A DNA stretch of 64,000 bases from Bacillota bacterium. Its GTDB lineage: Bacteria > Bacillota > UBA4882 > UBA8346. Below, piece after piece: positions 6,504 through 15,945 of the stretch. A program made the translations under genes and the position numbers. A model generated the notes under the pieces. The model was not told the DNA's origin. It worked only from the letters and a program-made list of their open reading frames with translations, and did not search any database. Each line of letters opens with the position of its first letter. The first letter of the stretch is position 1. Location of the stretch: assembly GCA_023426245.1 (NCBI GenBank), contig JAFABB010000011.1:24862-88861 (forward strand), read 5' to 3'.

Positions 6504-7763
6504 TCATTTACTGCCGGATCGAGGTTCAATGTTTCCCCCGGTACCGGGCAGCGGCTTGAGCTCCTCCAATATCTCACCAATTGTAATATTCTCCCATTCG
6601 ATTCCGTTCAAGGATAATTTCTGCTCGATGGCGTTTTTAAATGGTACGGTTTTACCGGGGTCGCCGATGCAAATCGCCCCGATAATCGTTTGATTTTTAA
6701 CAAAAATTCTCCGGTAAATATTCTTGGCATGATCTTCTTCCATGATCGTCCGGACTCCACCGGTGTCGGAGACATCGCCCATGGAAAACAAGGAAGTTCC
6801 AAAAGCATTCAGTGCCGTAACCGGAATGCCGGGCCGGTAAACCGTGGAATTGCCCGCCATATTATAGCCGGCAATCTTGCCTTGACCGGCCGCAATATTC
6901 CACAAACCATAAACTCTCCCCTCATACTCCGCCACATCGCCGGCGGCATATATATTGGAGACGCTTGTTTGCATCTTCCCGTTAACAACGATTCCCCGGT
7001 TGATTTGAATAGGGGTTCCTTTTACAATATCAGTATTGGGCTGAATGCCGGTTGAATACAACACCATATCGCATTCAAATTTTTGCCCATCCCTCATTTC
7101 CACTCCCCAGGCAGCTTGATTTCCATAAATCTTGATCACTTCAGCATTTGTAAAAACCCTGATTCCAAAAGATTCTACCAAGCCCTCCAGGATAGTTGCC
7201 GCCTTTTCGTCCAACTGATGAGGAAAAAGCCGGTTTTGGATTTCCGCTATGGCGGCTTTTTTGCCATGTTGTTGGATGACCCAGGCGGTCTCGAGGCCGA
7301 GTACTCCGCCGCCAATATAAAATACCCGGTTTTTATTTTCCATTTCATTGCGGATTTCGATGATATCTTCAAGGTTCCTGATGGAATACAGCTTGCAGCT
7401 GTCAAATCCGGTAATCGACAAAAGGCGGTTTCTAGCACCATTTGCCAAAAGCAACCCATCATACCGCATGCTGTTTCCTTGAGGCAATAAAATTTCCTGC
7501 CGGTCTACATTCACTCCCAGCACCTTAACATTTAAATGAAGGTTGACCTTATTTTGTTGATACCAATCCTTCGGCTTCAACAACATTCCGGTACTGTCTT
7601 CATCCAGCTTGTCAAAGAGCATTTTGGAAAGTTTAAGACGGTAATAGGGGTAATATTTCTCTTCACTAAAAAGGTCAATCGCTACATCCGGATCGACTTC
7701 CCGAATCGCTTGAATCCCATTGACGGCAGCGATTCCACCGCCGATGATAATTATTTTGTTCAT
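6504..7763 (-). CDS. NAD(P)/FAD-dependent pyridine-nucleotide-disulfide-family oxidoreductase (NADH:rubredoxin-oxidoreductase-like)
   Basis: MNKIIIIGGGIAAVNG Rossmann motif, a second GGGVLGLE dinucleotide motif, and AAGDVA. The ORF stays open to a TTG at 7817. The ATG at 7763 places the GxGxxG motif at the usual N-terminal position. Adjacent to rubrerythrin. Confidence 0.8.
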   Translation of the reverse strand: MNKIIIIGGGIAAVNGIQAIREVDPDVAIDLFSEEKYYPYYRLKLSKMLFDKLDEDSTGMLLKPKDWYQQNKVNLHLNVKVLGVNVDRQEILLPQGNSMRYDGLLLANGARNRLLSITGFDSCKLYSIRNLEDIIEIRNEMENKNRVFYIGGGVLGLETAWVIQQHGKKAAIAEIQNRLFPHQLDEKAATILEGLVESFGIRVFTNAEVIKIYGNQAAWGVEMRDGQKFECDMVLYSTGIQPNTDIVKGTPIQINRGIVVNGKMQTSVSNIYAAGDVAEYEGRVYGLWNIAAGQGKIAGYNMAGNSTVYRPGIPVTALNAFGTSLFSMGDVSDTGGVRTIMEEDHAKNIYRRIFVKNQTIIGAICIGDPGKTVPFKNAIEQKLSLNGIEWENITIGEILEELKPLPGTGGNIEPRSGSK

Positions 7764-7872
7764 CTTTTCAGCCTGAGCTGTAATCGCCTCCATACCTAAA
7801 GCCTGTCTATATCCCAAAATCTCAAATTTATATTTCTAATTTTATAATTCCTATCATGGTTGATCATTCTCT

Positions 7873-9828
7873 TCATAGCTTATCAATACTATACTGCCGC
7901 AATTCAATTTCTTTTTTGATCTTCTCAATAAATTCATTCAATCGAAGTGAACCCAAATCGCCATCTTTTCTGGAGCGGATGGCAACCTCTTGGTTTTCCA
8001 TTTCTTTATCGCCTACCACCAGCATATAAGGGATTTTTTCAACCTGGGCTTCCCGGATTTTATAACCAATTTTTTCATTACGGGTATCGATTTCCACTCT
8101 GATTCTTTCAAATTGAAGCTTTTTTTGAACTTCCAAGGCATATTCTTGATGTTTATCGGTCAGAGGCAATACCCTTGCCTGGACCGGCGCCATCCAGGTT
8201 GGGAAAGCACCGGCGTATTTTTCAATCAATAAGGCCAGTGTTCTTTCATAGCAGCCAATGGAAGTACGGTGGATTACATAGGGATATTTTTTCTGACCAT
8301 CCCGGTCGATATATTGCATCCCAAACTTTTCAGCCAGTTGAAAATCGATTTGAATGGTAATTAAGGTATCCTCTTTACCGTAAACATTGCGAATTTGGAT
8401 ATCCAACTTGGGGCCATAAAACGCCGCTTCACCCTCACGTTCCACATAAGGGATCTGTAAATGATCGAGAATTTGGCGCATCCGGTTTTGGACTTCTTCC
8501 CATTGTTCAGTCGTACCGATATATTTTCCCTTATTATTGGGGTCCCATTTCGAGAACTGGTAGGAGATATCATCAGCCAGTCCCACGGTTTTCAACATAA
8601 AAATGGCTAAGTTGACACATTCGGTGAATTCCTGCTCCAGTTGCTCAGGCATACAGGCAATATGCCCTTCCGAAATGGTAAATTGCCGCACCCGGATCAG
8701 GCCGTGCATTTCGCCTGACGATTCATTACGAAACAAAGTTGAAGTCTCATTCAGCCGCATCGGCAGATCGCGATAACTCCTTTGTTTAGCCAAATACACC
8801 TGAAATTGAAATGGACAGGTCATCGGCCGCAAGGCAAAAACCTCGGCGCTTTCATCCCGGGCATCCCCCATGACAAACATTCCGTCCCGATAATGGTCCC
8901 AGTGTCCGGAGATTTTATACAAATCGCTTTTGGCCATAAACGGGGTTTTGGTCAGCAGATAACCGCGGCGTTCTTCCTCATCCTCCACAAAGCGCTGTAA
9001 AATTTGAATCACCTTGGCCCCTTTGGGCATCAAAATCGGCAATCCCTGGCCAATGTAATCCACGGTGGTGAAATACCCCAGTTCCCGGCCAAGTTTATTA
9101 TGGTCTCGTTTCTTGGCTTCTTCCACCCGGCTTAGGTATTCATCCAAATCGCTTTTCTTCGGGAATGATATCCCGTAAATCCGTTGCAGCATCTGATTGT
9201 GCTCGTTACCTCTCCAGTAAGCTCCGGAAACTTGGGTCAGTTTAAATGCCTTTACCATACCGGTGGAGGGTAAATGAGGACCCGCGCAAAGGTCGACAAA
9301 ATCTCCCTGTTTATAGAAAGATATTTCAGCGTCCTCTGGTAAATCACGGATTAATTCCACTTTATAAGGTTCATTTTTGTCCATCATCAACTGGATGGCT
9401 TCTTCCCGAGGAAGGGTGAAACGCTCCAGCGTTAAATTCTCCTTGATGACCCGTTCCATTTCCTTTTCAATTTGCTGTAGATTTTCCCCGGAAAAAGCTT
9501 GGTCGCTATCAAAATCGTAATAAAATCCGTTCTCAATAGCCGGGCCGATGGCCAATTTCACTTGGGGAAAAAGTTCCTTGACTGCCTGCGCTAAAATATG
9601 AGATGTTGTATGCCAATAAGCGCGTTTTCCGCCTTCATCCTCAAAGGTCAGCAAGTTCAACCGGCAATCTTGCTGCGGTTGATAGTTTAAATCCTTCACT
9701 ACACCGTCAATTTCCCCCGCCAAAGCCGTTCTGGCCAATCCTGCACTAATGCTTTCGGCGATTTTAGAAATGCTGGTTCCTGCGGGATATTCCTTTACAC
9801 TGCCGTCTTTCAAAGTCACTTGAATCAT
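7873..9828 (-). CDS. thrS: Threonine--tRNA ligase
   Basis: 651 aa. N-terminal TGS domain (MIQVTLKDGS), editing-domain HTTSH, class II motifs (FRNE, GHI) and a C-terminal anticodon-binding domain. Confidence 0.95.
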   Translation of the reverse strand: MIQVTLKDGSVKEYPAGTSISKIAESISAGLARTALAGEIDGVVKDLNYQPQQDCRLNLLTFEDEGGKRAYWHTTSHILAQAVKELFPQVKLAIGPAIENGFYYDFDSDQAFSGENLQQIEKEMERVIKENLTLERFTLPREEAIQLMMDKNEPYKVELIRDLPEDAEISFYKQGDFVDLCAGPHLPSTGMVKAFKLTQVSGAYWRGNEHNQMLQRIYGISFPKKSDLDEYLSRVEEAKKRDHNKLGRELGYFTTVDYIGQGLPILMPKGAKVIQILQRFVEDEEERRGYLLTKTPFMAKSDLYKISGHWDHYRDGMFVMGDARDESAEVFALRPMTCPFQFQVYLAKQRSYRDLPMRLNETSTLFRNESSGEMHGLIRVRQFTISEGHIACMPEQLEQEFTECVNLAIFMLKTVGLADDISYQFSKWDPNNKGKYIGTTEQWEEVQNRMRQILDHLQIPYVEREGEAAFYGPKLDIQIRNVYGKEDTLITIQIDFQLAEKFGMQYIDRDGQKKYPYVIHRTSIGCYERTLALLIEKYAGAFPTWMAPVQARVLPLTDKHQEYALEVQKKLQFERIRVEIDTRNEKIGYKIREAQVEKIPYMLVVGDKEMENQEVAIRSRKDGDLGSLRLNEFIEKIKKEIELRQYSIDKL

Positions 9829-9862
9829 AAAGCCTGTTACCTCCTAAAAGCATATTTAAAAA

Positions 9863-10438
9863 TCAAGATCTTTCAATCCCTTCAATTCTGGAAATCGGCA
9901 ATAATGAAGGAGGTGTTAAAACTACAAGGATTTTCGCCGGACTATCCTCAACATTCTGACAAAGATGGGGATAGGTGCTATCCAGATGGATACTGTCGCC
10001 TTCTTCCAAAATCGCCGCAAATTCTCCTTGACGGACTTTAACTTTTCCTGACAAAACCGTAATAAATTCTTCTCCATCATGGGTATGGGTACTATTTCCC
10101 GTCTGATATCCCAGGGGAAGGTCAATCAGCAATACTTGCAATTGACGTCCAAAAGCCGCCGATAATACTTCCATTTCAGACTTTTCGCCTAATTTTATCT
10201 TGGGGCGGTGTGTTTTCGGAACGAACTCCGGTTTAACCTGGCTGTCCTCTAAAAGATTTTTCATGGGAATATTAAGGGCAACGGCAATTTTCTGAAGACT
10301 ATCAATAGAGAGTGAAACCTTGTCATTTTCGAGCTGACTGATGAAGCCCCGGGACAAACCGGTTGCATCAGCCAATTGGGGAATCGTCATATTGAGTGTT
10401 TGCCGGTAATCTTTGATTTTATTACCGATTGAAGTCAT
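9863..10438 (-). CDS. XRE-family HTH regulator with C-terminal cupin domain
   Basis: N-terminal HTH_3 (IKDYRQTLNMTIPQLADATGLSRGFISQLEN). C-terminal cupin_2 (GEEFITVLSGKVKV...GDSIHLDS..PH). Confidence 0.85.
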   Translation of the reverse strand: MTSIGNKIKDYRQTLNMTIPQLADATGLSRGFISQLENDKVSLSIDSLQKIAVALNIPMKNLLEDSQVKPEFVPKTHRPKIKLGEKSEMEVLSAAFGRQLQVLLIDLPLGYQTGNSTHTHDGEEFITVLSGKVKVRQGEFAAILEEGDSIHLDSTYPHLCQNVEDSPAKILVVLTPPSLLPISRIEGIERS

Positions 10439-10823
10439 TCATGTTCCTCCCGGTTTTAGACTAAGAATTTTGTTTGCAACTGGAAAAAACACAATTTATA
10501 TTAGTAATAATAATATATTATTATCTACACTAAATTTCAAGTCCCTATAAAAAATACTTTGTCTCAACTTGGAGCTGCCTCAAATGTAAATTCGGCGCAT
10601 TTACGGGCATTTGTGCACGTACGCGCACGTGCGATAAAAAAATGCAAAATATCGGAATTGACCCATTGAATAACGCGATATGTGGTATTTCCGATTGATT
10701 TTATATTGCTCTTAAACAGTCCCTTTAAGAGCAAATCGATTAACGAAACCGGATGGCTAAATACTGCAATCACCCTTAATACTGGGTTTTCATTACCGGG
10801 TCTGCACAATGCCGTCTTAAGAG

Positions 10824-10840
10824 ATACCACATAGGGGTAT
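10824..10840. promoter_or_regulatory. CsoR-type operator-like dyad (imperfect) ATACCAC-ATA-GGGGTAT
   Basis: GC-tract inverted repeat of the ATACCCC-N3-GGGGTAT type, 130 bp upstream of csoR. Confidence 0.5.
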
Positions 10841-10930
10841 ATGGCATTAAGAGAGCTTCTATTTAGAAATTAATAGGGAATCCTCATTAATAAGCTTTAC
10901 ATCATGAAACATTTCCATTATAATCAAAAT

Positions 10931-10947
10931 ATACCCCATAGGGGTAT
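10931..10947. promoter_or_regulatory. CsoR-type operator dyad ATACCCC-ATA-GGGGTAT
   Basis: Perfect 7-3-7 inverted repeat 24 nt upstream of the csoR ATG. It resembles the known TACCC...GGGTA CsoR operators. Confidence 0.7.
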
Positions 10948-10970
10948 GTGATCTCTGAAGGAGGTTCACC

Positions 10971-11246
10971 ATGAAAGAATGTATTGACGCTCCGGCAGTT
11001 ACAGCCCGTCTTAAGCGAATCAGCGGTCAAATCCAGGGAATCGGCTCCATGGTAGTTAAAGATGTCCCTTGCGAAGACATCTTAATCCAAATTGGCGCCG
11101 CTAAAGCGGCGCTTCATAAGGTAGGTCAAATTATTCTTGAGGGACATTTGCGCCATTGCGTCGTAAAAGGGATTGAACACGGTGAAATCGAGGAAACCAT
11201 TCAGGACCTGACCAATGCGATCGAGCAATTCTCGCGAATGGTTTAA
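10971..11246 (+). CDS. csoR: CsoR/RcnR-family metal-sensing repressor (x-C-H-C ligand pattern)
   Basis: 91 aa with RLKRI.GQI.GI, Cys in VPCEDIL and HLRHC (HxxxC). GAAGGAGG lies upstream. Confidence 0.9.
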   Translation: MKECIDAPAVTARLKRISGQIQGIGSMVVKDVPCEDILIQIGAAKAALHKVGQIILEGHLRHCVVKGIEHGEIEETIQDLTNAIEQFSRMV

Positions 11247-11307
11247 CTTTTTCAATTCCAATGGGTTTTAGTTCCTACCCCATTTCACAATCGAGGTGAA
11301 CGTTTCC

Positions 11308-13197
11308 ATGGAAAAACTGAAAAACTGGATGAAAGACGATCAAAAGCGGGCCATTCTTTGGGCTGGTATTTCCGGAGTATCGTTAATATTAAGTTTCTTT
11401 GGATGGACTCCAAAATTCTTACCCTTCGACATTGCTTGGGTCGCCATTATTATTTCCGGGTTACCTATTATTAAACAAGCAGCCATCGGTCTATTCACCA
11501 AATTCGATATTCGCGCCGATGTTTTGGTTTCCATCGCCTTGATCGCCTCGGTAGCCATCGGTGAAATATTTGCTGCCGGCGAAGTGGCTTTTATCATGAC
11601 CATCGGTTCGATTTTGGAAAACCTCACGTCTTCCAAGGCGCGGAAAGGAATTGAAAAGCTGGTGCGGCTCACACCCCGCACCGCCCGGATCGTGCAAGAC
11701 AATCAAGAAATAATCGTTTCAGCCGAGTCCGTCCAAACCGACGCTCTGTTACGGGTGCTTCCCGGGGAAACAATTGCCGTGGATGGTATCATAATTTCCG
11801 GCGAGACCTCCATCGACCAATCCGTCATGACCGGCGAGTCGCTTCCCGTCGATAAGGGGCCGGGAGATGAAGTCTTCAGTGGTACAGTCAACCAGTTCGG
11901 CGCCTTCGACATGCAAGCCACCCGGGTTGGAGAAGACAGTTCGTTACAGCGAATGATCCGGTTGGTAGCTGCAGCGGATGCCAACAAAGCCAAAGTGGTC
12001 CGCTTGACTGATCGCTGGGCCACCTGGATTGTAGCCATAGCCTTAACAGCTGCGCTGGTTACCTGGTTGGTGACAGGTGAAGCGATCCGGGCCGTAACCA
12101 TTCTGGTGGTTTTTTGCCCTTGCGCATTGGTACTGGCTACCCCCACCGCCATTATGGCCGGAATCGGAAATGCCGCCCGTCACGGAGTATTGATCCGTTC
12201 GGGGGATGTTTTGGAACGTCTGGTTAAAATAAAACGGATTGCCTTCGATAAAACAGGCACCCTGACCTGCGGTAAGCTCGGAGTCGTAGCGGTAGAGTCC
12301 ATTATCCCCGGTTTTTCAAAAAATCAATTGTTAAAAATAGCCGCAACAGTGGAACACCGTTCCGAACATCCTTTGGGCCATGCCGTATTAAGTCATGCCA
12401 AAACATTCGATTTAGGCCTGGCGGAACCGGAAAATTTTTTCATGATCCCGGGGCGCGGCGTCAAGGCCCGTGTCGATGGACAAACCATCCTGGCGGGTAA
12501 TGCGGAACTACTTACAGAAGAAGGTATTAGGTTAACGGATGAACTACTGTCCATGGCGGCCAAATACCGGAATGAAGGGTGTACGATTATTTTCGTAGGA
12601 ATTCAGCGCAAATCAGCCGGGCTGATCGCGCTGGCGGATACTTTACGTAACAACGCGCGTTCCACGATTGAAGATATTCATGCCACAGGCGTTAAAACTC
12701 TCTTACTTACAGGCGATCATATCCAGGCTGCTTCCCATATCGCCAATGCCGTCGGTATCACCGATATCCGTTCGGAACTTCTTCCTGAAGACAAAGTCTC
12801 CGCCATTCAGGTCCGTCAGTGCGCGAATGAGCCCATCTGCATGATTGGCGACGGTATCAACGATGCGCCCGCTTTAAAAACGGCTATGGTCGGAGTGGCG
12901 ATGGGCGGAATCGGGAGTGATATCGCCGTGGACGCAGCGGATATTGCGCTGGTGAGCGATGATATCTCCCGGATCCCATATTTACTGCGTCTATCCCATC
13001 AGACCATCCGTACCATTCATGTAAATATCATTTTGTCCATGGGACTTAATTTAAGCGCAATCATCCTAGCATCTTTGGGTTTTATGGGGCCGGTGGTCGG
13101 GGCCTTGGTGCATAATTTAGGTTCGGTAGGCGTGGTCCTAAACTCTGCTTTGCTGTTGAAAACTAAAGATGATATCCATTTGAAAAAAACCGCCTAA
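11308..13197 (+). CDS. Heavy-metal-translocating P1B-type ATPase lacking an N-terminal metal-binding domain
   Basis: CPCALVLATP, DKTGTLT, SEHPLG and GDGINDAP motifs. There is no CxxC HMA domain and the protein starts directly with TM helices. The ORF opens at a GTG at 11296, but the ATG at 11308 has GAGGTG 9 nt upstream. Confidence 0.9.
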   Translation: MEKLKNWMKDDQKRAILWAGISGVSLILSFFGWTPKFLPFDIAWVAIIISGLPIIKQAAIGLFTKFDIRADVLVSIALIASVAIGEIFAAGEVAFIMTIGSILENLTSSKARKGIEKLVRLTPRTARIVQDNQEIIVSAESVQTDALLRVLPGETIAVDGIIISGETSIDQSVMTGESLPVDKGPGDEVFSGTVNQFGAFDMQATRVGEDSSLQRMIRLVAAADANKAKVVRLTDRWATWIVAIALTAALVTWLVTGEAIRAVTILVVFCPCALVLATPTAIMAGIGNAARHGVLIRSGDVLERLVKIKRIAFDKTGTLTCGKLGVVAVESIIPGFSKNQLLKIAATVEHRSEHPLGHAVLSHAKTFDLGLAEPENFFMIPGRGVKARVDGQTILAGNAELLTEEGIRLTDELLSMAAKYRNEGCTIIFVGIQRKSAGLIALADTLRNNARSTIEDIHATGVKTLLLTGDHIQAASHIANAVGITDIRSELLPEDKVSAIQVRQCANEPICMIGDGINDAPALKTAMVGVAMGGIGSDIAVDAADIALVSDDISRIPYLLRLSHQTIRTIHVNIILSMGLNLSAIILASLGFMGPVVGALVHNLGSVGVVLNSALLLKTKDDIHLKKTA

Positions 13198-13276
13198 CGG
13201 AATTTTGGAAAGTCAGCAATTTGAATAACAAGGGCAGGGCTGCGTTGAAAGCACATTTGCAGGCAAAGGCATAATA

Positions 13277-13332
13277 AAGAAATACAATATATTAAACTGA
13301 TATATTCAATGATGCGATATATTGTATTTCTT
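13277..13332. terminator. Long AT-rich hairpin between convergent genes (bidirectional terminator candidate)
   Basis: Perfect 16-bp stem aagaaatacaatatat / atatattgtatttctt with a 24-nt loop and T-rich flanks. Confidence 0.5.
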
Positions 13333-13339
13333 ATTGATT

Positions 13340-14182
13340 TTAAATTGCTTGATCTGAGCTGATTGATTTTGAAACTTTTAGATGGGCAATCCTGTCATTA
13401 AAACGGTTCTTAAATACAGGAAGCAATGCCGGCCACCTCATCCATTTCCAACGTTCAGGATGGACATCAAAAAGATTCCACTCCTCCGTCAACCGGATTC
13501 GGGGATCATAGGTTTCCAGCTGCCGGCTGTTGTGGATTCCCCACTGGAAACGGAGCCCCATTTTCCCAACGGTGTCATGTTTTTTACTGAGTTTGACCAA
13601 AGTCGGCGGCATCACTTCCAATAACATTTCCGCTCCGGGAAAAGCCTCGGCCAACTGCTGCAATAAATCTCTAACCCGTTCTTCCTCGAAATACATCAAA
13701 ACCCCCTCGGCAATGATTAAAACGCTTCTGCCATCTGTCCGAATTTCATCCTTCCAGGATATCTCGAAAGCCGATTTGGCAATCATCCGGTAACGTGCCG
13801 TCTCCTCAAAAAATTTCTTCCTGATCCGGATAGCTTCCGGCAAGTCCAAGTCGTACCAGTAAATTTTATCATGGTTCATTCTCAGAAAACGGGTATCCAA
13901 CCCGCAGCCGATATTAATAATAACTCCTTCGGGATGTTGGTCGATAAAGGACCGGGTCGCCCCATCCAATATTTGACTACGGACGGCGACCCCAGTCTGA
14001 GAGAGCCAGGCCTTTTCAAACTTTGCAAAGTCATAATCGATCCGTTCCATCATTTTGACTGCATATTGGTCACGGATTAGCGAGTCCGGGCGGCCGGTCT
14101 CCACCGCTCTAGCCCATAAAGTAATCAACAAAGTCTCCGGAATTCCATTTAAATTAGCCTCCACTATTTTTTCTCCCTTCAT
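13340..14182 (-). CDS. SAM-dependent methyltransferase, TcmP/LCM (polyketide O-methyltransferase-like) family
   Basis: The GIPETLLITLWARA...D..A pattern and the IINIGCGLDTRF motif are typical of this family. 280 aa. Confidence 0.75.
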   Translation of the reverse strand: MKGEKIVEANLNGIPETLLITLWARAVETGRPDSLIRDQYAVKMMERIDYDFAKFEKAWLSQTGVAVRSQILDGATRSFIDQHPEGVIINIGCGLDTRFLRMNHDKIYWYDLDLPEAIRIRKKFFEETARYRMIAKSAFEISWKDEIRTDGRSVLIIAEGVLMYFEEERVRDLLQQLAEAFPGAEMLLEVMPPTLVKLSKKHDTVGKMGLRFQWGIHNSRQLETYDPRIRLTEEWNLFDVHPERWKWMRWPALLPVFKNRFNDRIAHLKVSKSISSDQAI

Positions 14183-14193
14183 GATTCATCGAT

Positions 14194-15945
14194 TCAAGCT
14201 CCTATCTTCCACCCCAGGCTTTCCTGTTGAATCGTATACAATTTGGCGTACAATCCCTGCTGGATCATCAATTCCTCATGGCTTCCCTGTTCTACCAAAG
14301 TGCCGTTGTTCAGCACCAGAATTTGATCGGCTCCGGCCACCGTCCGCAACCGGTGGGCAATGATTACCACAGTACGTCCTTTAACCAGATGGGAAAGAGC
14401 CTCCTGAATATAGACCTCATTTTCCGGATCCAGGGAAGCGGTGGCTTCATCCAGCAATACGATGGGGGCGTTTTTCAGAAGCGCCCGGGCGATGGAAATC
14501 CGTTGTCGTTCTCCTCCCGAAAGAGTACTGCCGTTTTCCCCAATCAGGGTTTGATATCCTTCCGGCATCCTGGTGATAAACTCATGGCAGCGGGCTAATT
14601 TCGCCGCACGGATCACTTCTTCTTCCGTGGCATCCTGTTTGCCCAGGCGGATGTTATTGTAGAGCGTGTCGTTAAAGAGAACTACATTCTGAAAAACAAT
14701 GGCTATATAGGATAAGAGCCGCTCCGGATCGATTTCCCGGATGTTGAGGCCGCCAATAGTCACGCTGCCCCGGTTGACATCCCAAAAACGGGCAATCAAT
14801 CTGGAAACCGTGCTTTTCCCGCTGCCCGACGGCCCCACCAGTGCAGTCACCTTGCCTTGGGGTATGGTAAAACTGACATCCCGCAATACCTCATCCTGAT
14901 TGTATTGAAACCCTACTTTTTCAAAAGCGATATCAAATTTTTTCAGAGCCGCCCCATCATTACCGTTCATGAGCGGTTGGGCCTGTAATGCCTTCATCCG
15001 GTTCACCGAGATGATACTGTAAAACATCTCGCCCAAAAGCGTCAAAATGGTAATCAAAGGATTGTAAATCTGGGCCGCCACAATCAAAAATATTGTGAAT
15101 TTAACCAAACCCAAGTCTCCTCCGGTAATCAAGTATACACCGGTAAAAATGGCTGCGCTTAGGCCGAATTTCAAGATGATCACGGCGCTCATGATGAATG
15201 AACCGACTACCGCCTCTAACCTGATACTTTGATGCATCAAATCTTTGAGTGCCTTGTCCAGGCTGACGAATTTGGCTCCGGAAAGTCCGAAGGCTTTAAT
15301 GACTTTGATACCCTCCAAATATTCCTGGGACTGCTCGGCAGAATTCAACTTGGCGGCAACCTGGCGCGCCCCTATCTTTTGTTGCACTCTTTTGGTCAAG
15401 AGCACAATCGCAAAAGCAACCGGCATGGTGCAAAAGATCGCCAAGGCCATCCGCCACTCATACAGCGCCATCATGATCGTAAAGAGGCAAACACTGATGA
15501 CGTTGCCCGCCAGTTGGGGCATTACGTGGGAATATGTGTGTTCAATGCCGCTGCAATCACCCATCATATTGGTGGTCAGTTCCGTCAGGTCCTTTTGATT
15601 AAAAAAACTTAACGGTAACCTTCGTAAATGTTCGGCGATGCTGATCCGTTTTTCGGCGGCGGTGGAATAAGCCGCTATATAGGTTTTATCATACTCATGG
15701 CGGTTGGCGACCACCATGACCGCAATCAGCAATAATCCAAGCCCGGCGTACAGCCATAGTTTTATAAAACTTACGGTCCCGCCGCTGAAGGGCTTCAAAA
15801 TTTCCATGATCACCATGGACATCACCGAAACCGGCAACAGGAAACTGAGATTGGACAAAACATTAGCCCAGACCGCCTTTTTAAAATCCCGGTATCCCTG
15901 ATCCGATAAAAACAAAAGTTCTTGAAAGGATATCTTCTTTGTCAT
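14194..15945 (-). CDS. ABC exporter, fused permease/ATPase (heterodimer partner 2)
   Basis: Six-TM domain, then Walker A GPSGSGKST, signature LSGGERQR and Walker B VLLDEATS. The ATG at 15945 overlaps the upstream stop as TAATG. The ORF track extends to 16005. Confidence 0.9.
   Translation of the reverse strand: MTKKISFQELLFLSDQGYRDFKKAVWANVLSNLSFLLPVSVMSMVIMEILKPFSGGTVSFIKLWLYAGLGLLLIAVMVVANRHEYDKTYIAAYSTAAEKRISIAEHLRRLPLSFFNQKDLTELTTNMMGDCSGIEHTYSHVMPQLAGNVISVCLFTIMMALYEWRMALAIFCTMPVAFAIVLLTKRVQQKIGARQVAAKLNSAEQSQEYLEGIKVIKAFGLSGAKFVSLDKALKDLMHQSIRLEAVVGSFIMSAVIILKFGLSAAIFTGVYLITGGDLGLVKFTIFLIVAAQIYNPLITILTLLGEMFYSIISVNRMKALQAQPLMNGNDGAALKKFDIAFEKVGFQYNQDEVLRDVSFTIPQGKVTALVGPSGSGKSTVSRLIARFWDVNRGSVTIGGLNIREIDPERLLSYIAIVFQNVVLFNDTLYNNIRLGKQDATEEEVIRAAKLARCHEFITRMPEGYQTLIGENGSTLSGGERQRISIARALLKNAPIVLLDEATASLDPENEVYIQEALSHLVKGRTVVIIAHRLRTVAGADQILVLNNGTLVEQGSHEELMIQQGLYAKLYTIQQESLGWKIGA

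Noticed and set aside
9829-10563. T-box leader for thrS
   Set aside because: Only 34 bp are available before the next gene. No specifier-loop or T-box 14-mer-like sequence, and no terminator/antiterminator pair, was seen by eye in the region.
10564-10830. 88-aa minus-strand ORF between the XRE-cupin gene and csoR
   Set aside because: It has a GTG start with no SD, and its start overlaps the CsoR-type dyad. The sequence is unremarkable and contains internal hairpins (ttgctcttaaa/tttaagagcaa). It is most likely non-coding intergenic DNA.
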